A stretch of DNA of 64,000 nt from the human T2T-CHM13v2.0 reference genome, Homo sapiens. Shown piece by piece: positions 54,360 to 64,000 of this stretch. Under the pieces are notes generated by a model that did no database searches, had not been told where the DNA came from, and saw only the letters and a program-made list of their open reading frames with translations. Position 1 is the stretch's first letter. Each line of letters opens with the position of its first letter. The DNA lies in NCBI RefSeq assembly GCF_009914755.1, contig NC_060931.1; one strand, 5' to 3'. Both the position numbers and the translations under genes were made by a program.

Positions 54360-55620
54360 CAAATTTATTGAGATACAATTTATACACCAAAAATGCACCT
54401 ATAAATTTACAGTTTGGTGAGTTTTTTATTTTTAGAAATATACTTTATTGAGGTATAATTTACATATAATAAAATTTAAGAATTTTAGGTATACAATTTG
54501 ATGAGTTTAGAAAAATGCACACAACCATATAACCACCACCACAATCATGACACAAAATTTTATCACCATTCTACAAAATTCCCTCATGCTCCTTTGTACT
54601 CAATTGCTTTTTCCCATTCTCAGACCCAGGCAACCACTGATCCATTTTCTGTCGTGATAGATTAGAGTTCCCTCTTCTAGAGTTTCATATCAATGGAACA
54701 ATCTGGTATTTTGTCTGTTCTGCAGAGCTTCTTTTACTCAACATAATGGTTTTGAGATTCATCTATGTTGTTGCCTGCAATGGTAATTCCTTTTTAATGC
54801 TACATAGTATTCTGCTGAATAAATATATCACATTTTAATTTAATATATGATATACAGATATGTTGTAAAGGTTGAATAAACAGGAAAAAATAAAAAGAGG
54901 CAAAGCTTGAGGAAGTTTCTGTCTGTCTATTCTCCTATTGATGGACATTTTTGTTGTTACTAGTTTGGGGTTAACGTGACTAAAGCTACAATGAATATTT
55001 GCACAAGGGATAGGTTTTTGTGTGGACATATGCATGCATTTCTCTTGGGTAAATTCCTAGGAGTAGGATTGTCAGGTAGTATGGTAAGTGCATGTTTAAC
55101 TTTGTAAGAAACTGCCAAACTGTTTTCCAAAGTGGCTGCACCATTTTATATTTTTATCAGCGTTCCAGTTACTTTATATCCTAACTAGTATTTGGAATTA
55201 AAGTTTTGAAAATCAATTGTTTTTGTTTTTAATACTGGTCACACACCTATCAGCCATTCTAATACCAGCCATTCTAATAGGTATGTAGTAGTATTCTAAT
55301 ATTCTAATATTGGCCATATAGTAATATTAGCCATGTAGTAATATTCTAATATTAGCCATCCTGATAGGCATGTGGCAGTATCTCACTAAGGTTTTTTTTA
55401 AACAACTTTTCTTGACATATAATGTGGCAGTATCTCACTAAGGTTTTTTTTTAAACAATTTATTGACATGTAATTTACATACCATAAAGTTCACCTGTTC
55501 AAAGTGTATAGTTCAGTGTTTTTAGTGTATTTTCAGCGTTGTGCAATCAGCAACATAATCTAATTTTAATATATTTTTATCTCACCAAAGAGAAATTGGG
55601 TACCCATTAGCAGTCTTTCC
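54360..55620 (-). mobile_element. Stacked old L1 3' fragments (L1MB/ME-like)
   Basis: Several tttattgag...ataatttacata 3' termini; aagaaactgccaaactgttttccaaagtggctgcacc. Confidence 0.8.
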
Positions 55621-55689
55621 CCATGTCTGCCATGCAAATAATAAGTGAAAAAAGCAAAACAAAACATATTATTTCAATTTTGTAAAAGA

Positions 55690-55800
55690 CACAAATATAT
55701 ATATTTGTGTGTATACATATATGTATATGGATATACATACTTATATATAATATATACACATATATACATATTTTATAGGTACATATATAATATGATATGG
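55690..55800. repeat. (TA)/(CATA) low-complexity tract
   Basis: Read directly. Confidence 0.85.
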
Positions 55801-56430
55801 AAAAAAGACTATAAGGAAATACACCAAACACAAACCTCAGTTGTCTCTTTGTGATAGTATTTATACATAACTTTATTTTCCCCTCTGTATTTTTTGAAAT
55901 TTCAGAATTCCCCATAATAAGCACATATTACCTTTATAATTTAAAAAATCATTTATATATTAAGAAAAGACATTTCTTCAGGCTACATCTATCAAAGGGG
56001 GCAGCATTATCCCAGCTATGATCACTTTGTATTTGCAGTCTGACTTCCTGTGGAAAGAAAGCTTGTAAAATCTTATTCTTCTGGGTATCTGCAGTGAGTT
56101 GGCAGTATAAACTTGCAGTTTGCAATATTTACGTGAACTGCCTGGGGGAGTCCTGTAAACTACTCTAGAGTTGGTTTCTCTATTGACAGACTGTTGAATA
56201 CTTAGAAAATGTGCTCTGAAAGCAAATCCATGTGGGAGTTGACTCAAGGGGTGCATATTGTCTTGTGATACATCAATACGAGTGAAGAGAGGTTGCTCTT
56301 TGCTGGGACTTCATTTTCCTAGTTTGTGAAGTGTGTCTGTTGCCATGTAGGTATGTGCATGTGTGTATGCACATTTGTATGAATTTGTAACATATATTTT
56401 CACATTGTAAGTTACTGTGGGTTTAGAAGG

Positions 56431-56807
56431 TAATAAGGTTTGGCTGTGTCCCCACCCAAATCTCATCTTGAATTGCAGTTCCCACAATCCCTACATGTCA
56501 TAGGAGGGGCCCAGTGGGAGGTAATTGAATCATGGGGGTGGTTACCTCCATGCTGTTCTCATGATAGTGGGTAAGTTCTCACAAGATCTGATGGTTTTAT
56601 AAGAGGCTTTTCCCCCTTTCGCTTTGTACTTCTCTCTTGCTGCCGCCGTGTGAAGAAGGACATGTTTGCTTCCTCTGTTGCCATGATTGTAAGTTTCCTG
56701 AGGCCACCCTAGCCCTGCAGAACTGTGAGTCAATTAAACTTCTTTCCTTTATAAATTACCCAGTCTCAGGTATGTCTTTATTATCAGTGTGAGAAGGGAC
56801 TAATACA
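56431..56807 (+). mobile_element. THE1 (C/D) solo LTR
   Basis: ggtttggctgtgtcccacccaaatctcatcttgaattg...ggactaataca; perfect TSD gaagg. Confidence 0.94.
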
Positions 56808-57711
56808 GAAGGCTAAGTATATCGGCCCTCAAGCTCTAGTTTAATGACTATCATGCAGTTTGATTTAGGATAAGTCAAATTCTCATTGCTTTAATTACAT
56901 TTCCACCTTGATTCACAGAGAGAACAATAACCTCCATCTCAATAAAGACCTATGGAAATGAATTGCATTGCCTCTGTGCTTTGAACAAAAATATGCTTTT
57001 CTTGGAATCTGCACATTATTTTACATCTCAAAGGTCATTTTCTGGAGTGAAATTGAACTGATATTAATCATTTTCAAGGAGAAGAAACAGACTGGGGAAA
57101 ACTTGCCTTAGTCAGGATTGAAGGTAAAGAAACAAAACCCAATGTAGTCTAGTTCAGATACAGGGGAGAAGGTATGTGGTCAAGACTGAATAAACAGAAA
57201 AAAATAAAAAGAGGCAAGCCTTGAGGCAGTTTCTCTGTGTTTCTGTGTCTTTGTCTCAGATATCATAAGGGTCCTGGTATCTCTCTGTCTTTGCTCTTTC
57301 AGATTCTTCTTTGCTGATTGGCTACCTCTGCTTATGCCTGGTCTCTGCTCTCCTAACTTCAGCTTGAGCATGGCTTTGCTCAAGACACTGTGTTGGCTCT
57401 GGTCTCACTTCTAGGTGACCATCCAGTTTAACTTTGCGTACCTCAACTACTCATTCCTGGGAGAGGACTCTGGCTCTGCTTTGACCAGAGTTCCTAGCAG
57501 ATATGGTGTGAAGGGAGGTCCTATACCAAAATATGACCATGTGTGCTTACCTTTCACACAGGCCTAATGGTGATGGCTGACTACTGCAAGGATAGAAGGA
57601 ATCTGGTCAGCGTGGTTGCTGTCTTCCTTCTCTTCTTGCCAATCCGCATGATACAGACATGTAAATGAGAAGGTAATATGTAAAGGTAATATGAGAAGAT
57701 AATATGTAGTG

Positions 57712-58259
57712 TGTGGTAGGCAGTCTCCAAAATGGCCTCACAATGATCCACATCTCCTGGGATTCATGTCCTTGTGTAATCTCCTCTCCCAGAGTGTGGG
57801 CTGGACCTAGTGGTTGACTTCTACTAAGCAGACTGTGAGAAAAGTAATAAGATGTCACTTCTGAGTTAGGCTCCCAAAAGACTATGGCTTCCATCTTCTG
57901 TGCTCTCTCTTACTCTCTTGCTTGCTTGGATGGAACAAATGCCATGTTGTGAGCTGCCCTGTGGAGAAGCCCATGTGACAGGAACTAGGGAAGGCCTCTG
58001 GCCAACAGCCAGCATGGAACAGAAGCCTTGGTCCAACATCTGCAGGAAAATCAATTCTGCCTGTAACCACGAGTCAACTTAGGAGGCAGATGTTCCCCAG
58101 TTGAGCCTTGAGATGACTGCAGCTCATCTCAGGTGAGATACCCAGCCAAGCTGTGCCCAAATTCCTGACCCACAGATAATGTGAGATACTAAATGTTGGT
58201 TTTTTTATGCCACCAAGTTTTGGAGGTAATTTATTACATGGCAATAGATAACAAATACA
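57712..58259 (+). mobile_element. MLT1F-like solo LTR
   Basis: tgtggtaggcag...gagctgccctgtggagaagcccatgtg...gcaatagataacaaataca. Confidence 0.87.
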
Positions 58260-58282
58260 TGGTCTCCCCAGATAATACTGTA

Positions 58283-58410
58283 TTATTATTATTTATTATT
58301 ATTATTTTTGAAACAGGATCTCACTCTGTCACCTAGGCTGGAGTGCAGTGGCATGATCACAGCACACTGCAGCCTTGACCTCATGGGTTCACCGAGTAGC
58401 TGGGACTATA
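58283..58410 (-). mobile_element. Alu right-arm fragment (AluJ/FRAM)
   Basis: ctcactctgtcacctaggctggagtgcagtgg. Confidence 0.8.
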
Positions 58411-60599
58411 TAACGCTGTTTTTTGAAGCCCAGGTTCCCTTCAAAACAACTTGTAAGAGGTTATGTGACCCAAGAAGCTATTCTGAATAACTTGTTTAGG
58501 TCAAAGTAACAGTCTCTTCTAGCATAGTCGGCGAGCTCAAGTGCAGCCACCATGCCTCCTGTATGGCCAGTTGGACAGGAGGAGTTAGGTTCTAACAGTG
58601 ACAGCGTAGCTGTATTAAATGCAAACAGAAACGGCTTCATCCTGGAGAATCCCAGAGGACAGTGAAATGTTTCAACCTGTGGTGTCATATCTGAGACGTG
58701 GAGAGGGTTATACCTGGTGATTCTAGTGTCCGTTTAAACTCCAAATGACAATGAACCTAAATATGTGCTGATGAGATGCCAAGCCCCTATGCCAGTGTTC
58801 CAGAGAGCTGATGTGGACCACAGGGGAAGCCTCTGCCTTCTGGAACATCCCTGGGATGAAAGTTTAGGCATGGGATGCTGTTACATCTCAGTCTCGCTGA
58901 AAACATTATTAGGGCTCAGAAGTCTAGAGAGCATTGCAGTGGTCCAGCCACTTCTGCAAACTCCATTTCATAGGGAAAGCATTTCAGGAGCTCTCCAGAA
59001 ACCAAGACTCCTCAAAGTCCTGTGTCCTACAGCAGGTTCCACAGATGGATTAGGAAGTTCTTTTGTTGGGGAATTAGCCCACAGTCAGAGAGCATAGTTT
59101 CCTGCTGCTTCTGTCCCCAGGGCAGGGTTTTCCCTAAGCATCCTTGAATACCAAGAAAATGCTTGTTTCTCAATTCCCACTCCTGGTTTTTGGCCTCCAT
59201 TTTTACAAAGCGAATGTATCTAACGCCTTCCTCTTTTGCACCCTTATCTGCCTCATGTCATAGGTTTACCTTTTCTTCATCTGTGTCCTTCCTTAGATCT
59301 TTGGGTTGCATTCCAGTGACCATACACATGCGAAATACTTGAATACAGTTTTATTGACGCAAACATCCTGTTGCCACAGAAAGAATTGTGAAGAAATTAT
59401 ATGTACTGTATCAGGAGGGACTTTTTCTTTGATCTTTCAAAAGCAGAACTCCTCAGGGTGCTGTACATAACCTTTAGCCTGGAAGCCTCTTCCTTATGAG
59501 CCATGAAAGACATCTCCCTTTCCTGGCCACACATCCTCCCACCCAGAATTCAGTGGCATCACAGCCCAAGCATGATGGATGCTGAGCTGATGAGACAGGG
59601 CAGGGTCTGGCCCAGCCACAGCCATGGTTGTTCAGTATGCAGAGGACAAGGTGGTAGTCTCAGTACATGAAAAAGACTGTGAATGGAAAAGTGTGCTTTT
59701 GGAGGGATGGTGAGTAAGGGAAGAAAGAGAATTGAGAAAAGGGACAGCTATTGTGTCTGATTTTCAAGGTTACCTGTTGAGATTGGGCTGCAGCTCCCTT
59801 ATGGCCTGGAAAAGCAATTCCTTTCCAATAGCTTTATAATAAAGAAGAAAGACCCTTTTGTTAACAATACCTTGTATTTATCTCATGTCTTTCTCCAGAG
59901 AAGCTGCAAGTGCTTCAGAGATTTTATCTTTATAAAAAGCTGATAAGTAGGTGTGTAGACCTCCTGGTGAACCCAGCCCCGCTGCCCCTGATCCAATCAG
60001 TTTGTTTGCAGTCCTCTCACTTCTGGTGATGATGATTAACTTAGGTGGGTCTGAGATCACTCTTGCAGTGAGTGCCATATGCCAGGGTACAGAAGAGCCC
60101 ATTTCCACCCAGGATCCTTCAGTGTCTCTTGTTCACCAGTGCCCCCAGCCAGAATCCTGGCCCAGCTGTCTTAAATTAAGGGGACTTTATTCAAAGGAAC
60201 TGAGAGTATTTCACGAGAGTCATGGCCCATGAAAATAGCTGAGCCTTATGAAGGTCTAGACCTGTGCCTGAAAGCCATCATTCTCCCTCCTTCTGCTTTG
60301 GGGTCACATGGTTTCTTGGATCTGCCCTTCTCTGTGTGCTTCCTTCCTTCCCCTGCTTCTCTTTAGAGACCCCTTCTCTGCTCTCCTCTGACTACGTGGT
60401 CTCTAAATGGCAGGCTTGTCACTTGAGTTTTAAGTTTCAGGGCAGGTGACTCATTTAGTCTGGTCATCCTATAAGAGGAAACCAATTGGTTTAGTGTGGA
60501 TCTGGTGTCTACCATGGTCCAGTCTGTTCTAGCTGGGAGGGACAGGACTGGTAGTAGGAAGGGCTTTCTTCTCCAGGATTGTGGCTATGCTTAGACTGT

Positions 60600-60890
60600 C
60601 CCCTTTGCTTGGAATGGCCCTAGCCTCGCCTCCCAGATGATCCTTAGCGCATGTATATTTTTTCTGAGAGGCATCCCTGTCACTTTCCTTCCCCTGTCTG
60701 CTCTGCACAACTTGTGAATCCCTCTACTCCTCCACCATTTTATAACTAGTTGCCTATTTGTGCACTGTATTCCCTTTCATGCTAGCCGGAGAGTGACTTG
60801 AGGACAGGCCTTTTGGTCTCTCTCTCTTTTTTTGTATCTTGAATGCTATCAGAATGCTCAGTAAATATTTGTTGAGTGAATGAATGCATG
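60600..60890 (+). mobile_element. L2 3' fragment
   Basis: gctcagtaaatatttgttgagtgaatgaatg. Confidence 0.7.
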
Positions 60891-60974
60891 AAAAACAATA
60901 TATCTCTTCAAAGACTTCACACTTCTTTGTCTTTATGCTAATATTTTGTTAGTAGCAGAAGAAATTTATTCCTT

Positions 60975-61157
60975 TTTATTTTTATTATTTATTTTCTTTC
61001 TTTTCTTTTCTTTCTTTCTTTTTTTTTTTTTACGAGATAGAGTCTCATTCTGTAGCCGAGGCTGGAGTGCAGTGGTGCAATCATAACTCACTGCAGCTTT
61101 GAACTCCTGGGCTTAAGTGATCCTCCCACCTCAGCCTCCTGAGTAGCTGGGACTGTG
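60975..61157 (-). mobile_element. Alu right arm (AluJ/FRAM)
   Basis: T tract followed by gagtctcattctgt...gagtagctgggact. Confidence 0.85.
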
Positions 61158-61329
61158 GGCCTCTTTTTGAATAAGGACTTATTACAACTGAGTACAGAGA
61201 CTTGTACTAAAGTGTGCTTGCCACTAGGTCCCTTCACTCTGGGGAATGAAGGAGGTGCACCAAGGCTGTAGCCACTGCGTTCCCATGCCTGTGGTTCAGG
61301 GATTCTCATCCCTTTCTTGCAATGAGTTT

Positions 61330-62260
61330 AACAGCCATGGAAGTGCTGGTGTTGGATAATCAGCGTTGTACCCTGTGCAACCTTTCATTTTGTTTTTATG
61401 ATAATGTCTACTTAGGTTAGCGATTATATTAGCTATGGCAATGTTGATTTACAACCATGTGCCTCACAAATTTATGTTGTTTAGTATCATTTGACATTAC
61501 AATTTGAAGCAATAACATTAAATGTGGCAAAAATCACTCCATAATAGTAGGTGGGGTGGGGAAGGGGGATGTGGGGTGGCAAACGAAATCACCCGAGGAG
61601 TTTTCCCACCATCCAATCCCACCCTCCCCTACACCCATGCCTTCGCATTCCCCAGGTGAATCTGATCCCTCCCTCTGCCCCAAGAGCCCATTGCTGCTGA
61701 TATCTCTTTGCTCCTTGCTTCCATCTCGTGGAAATGGTGTGAAAGAGGGGAAGGATAAGGGGAAGGATAAGGGGAAGAGCTGGGTGAGCGTGCGCTCTTT
61801 CATGTTTTTTCAACGCTTCCAAATATCTCATTACTCCACCCTGGGAGAACCTCTTCGTGTAAATTTCTCCGTCTCCCATGATCGTCCTTAGCAACGAGCT
61901 AATATCTTTGCTGGAGTGTGGCAGCTGGGGGCCTACATGAGGTGTTTGGACATAAACACCTTCTAATCCACTATTAAGTCTTTCAGTTTGTGTTCTCATA
62001 GCGTTAACCATAATGAACTCTTCACATACCGATGTCAGTTTAATATGCTGCTTCCCGAGGAAGGGCCTGGTGATTTAGCGTTAATTAATGATGACTTATT
62101 GCAGATTATGTTACTGACTTACTGATGCTCCTGGGTGATATGCACATCTTTCAGATGAAAGCATAACATTATGACTTAGCATTCGCACGGTGCTTCACAC
62201 ATCCAGAACACTTGGTAATTGGGTTAGCTGCATCGCCACTATCCCTCACACTGATGCCGT
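61330..62260. promoter_or_regulatory. Candidate enhancer cluster
   Basis: Unique, CpG-retaining; TGATTTAC, TTAATTAA, ATGACTTAGCA, paired AGGTGTT, CCTTAGCAAC; G4 motif. Confidence 0.4.
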
Positions 62261-62464
62261 CATCCGGGTGAGTTGAAGTGTTCCTCATTACCGGTAAACC
62301 TGACACACTGAATTTCAAACCTGCCAAATTGATAAAGTGGAGGGATTGGATTTTACCTGTTTGAGAGTCTAGAATGTAAGGTGTTTGGAGACTGGGGTTC
62401 ATCAGGTGTTCAATGGAGATAGCCACGGATGATGCACAATACTATGAATTAGCTCCATCGGACC

Positions 62465-62774
62465 TTTTATTTTTATTTTTATTATTAATTTTTGATACAA
62501 GGTCTCACTCTGTCACCCAGGTTGGAGGACAGTGGTGCAATCACGGCTCCTGCAGCCTCGACCTCCCCGGGCTCAGGTGATACTCTCACCTCAGCGTCTC
62601 AAGTAGCTGGGATTACAGATGTGCACCACCATGCTTGGCTAGTTTTTACATTTTTTGTAGAGACAGAATTTTGCCACGTTGCCCAGGCTGGTCTCAAACT
62701 CCTGGTCTCAAGCGATCCTCCCACCTTGGCCTCCCAAAGTGCTGGGAATACAGGTGTGTACCACTGCACCCAGC
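62465..62774 (-). mobile_element. AluJ
   Basis: Degenerate TSD tccatcggacctttt / tccatcaggcatttt. Confidence 0.92.
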
Positions 62775-64000
62775 TTCCATCAGGCATTTTAAATATAAAG
62801 AAAACGAGAGGTAGTGATAGTCTAGGAAGTGATGTGTCACCAGATCTTTAGATATGAGAGGAGTTGAGAGAAGGTGGCTGCCAATGACTAAGATATAAAA
62901 AAGGCCACAAAGGAGAAATAAGCTATTAATTTGGACCACAGTGCTAATAGATATGACCTAAGTCGTAAGTTTCTTTTCTTGCCAGAATTTTCAGCCTCAT
63001 ATAGAGTGGTGTTTTTGGTGGGAATACATCTTAGTTTCTCTATGACCAAAATCATTTGGAGAGGGGAATTTGCTTTAGACAGTGGCTGTTGCAATCAATG
63101 TTGTTGAAATACCTCTATACCATAGGGTAGGGGAGGGAAATCTTCAAGTTATTTTCCCCATTTTCAGAGTGGAGGAAGTTCAAGAATGAACAATGGCCAA
63201 CAAGCCAAGTCTCCCAGAACAAGGAAGGATAGATCGGAGAGAAATCTTTGGTCGTGTGGTTCAGGATCACTTTTCATCTCCTCTCTAAATTCTGTAGCCT
63301 GCCTACTGATGCTGCCCTTTTGTGCTGGACACATTATGTAGTCTGAAATATTAAACACTTCTATTTGAAACAATATTTTGATTTCTAATAAATGATAAGG
63401 AGAGGGGAAATGAGATTCCCCCCCTGGCCAGAAAAAGGGCAATCTTTACTTTCCATGGGAGACAGATGAGCCCAGCTGATTTGTGGAGATGGTGTTAAAA
63501 TTAAATTATTTTTCCAGAAACTTATGTATATAAAAAAAAAAACCCAACTTGTCTTTCTTGGAAGAAGCGTGATTACCCTCCTTCCTTTGTTGCCATCTCC
63601 ATGACCTTAATTAATCCCTGCTCTTGATTTTATTGGTTCCTTTCTGTCTTGTCCTTGTCTTGCTTGCCAACCCCATTTTAAAATACAGAAATTGGCTCCC
63701 ACAACCAACAACTAAGAATTCATTTCAAGCTCAAATATGAGTAGAGCTCATATCAGAAACTTTTATTATTCCTTGACTCCTGTATCCAAAATTTTGATGG
63801 GACCTAAGCAAACCAGTGACACATTTAAATCAGATTAGCAATTTGCACCTTCATGGAGGGCTTAGCAGAGCAGCTTTGTTCTGATGCCTTTACACAAATC
63901 CATTTGTATCTGTAGGAAAATGTAACTTTATTTGCATCTGTGGCTATATCCCTGGGTTGGTAATGAGGATGAACCAACTCATGTCTCAAGCAGGATTGAG

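Noticed and set aside
57660-57710. Short tandem repeats (13-bp x3 here; 21-bp x2 at ~46375; 12-bp x3 at ~61747)
   Set aside because: Ordinary slippage products with no sign of function

Overview
Primate genomic DNA, catarrhine and probably human (AluJ/S/Y, THE1/MST/MLT MaLR LTRs, MER4/MER41/MER65-type ERV1 solo LTRs, L1, L2, MIR, MER5/MER33). It reads as intergenic or deep intronic. I see no intact protein-coding gene, RNA gene or CRISPR array, and nearly all listed ORFs are spurious or repeat-derived. The only gene-derived sequence is a processed NDUFB9 pseudogene (minus strand, ~20232-20890). It lies inside a ~6-kb old L1 that also hosts four Alus and a rare SVA2-type element (VNTR + unique 3' tail + polyA, no SINE-R). 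The least expected structure is a set of short local duplications without retrotransposition hallmarks: 428 bp copied over ~15 kb (53.4k to 38.0k, later hit by two AluS), 62 bp over 2.3 kb, ~180 bp over 1.1 kb, two ~131-bp tandem duplications, and fold-back fillers at L1 junctions. These look like fossil templated-repair scars. Several unique, motif-dense segments are candidate enhancers. I cannot support a wholly new biological system. Repeat subfamily calls come from remembered consensus sequences and need RepeatMasker/Dfam confirmation.
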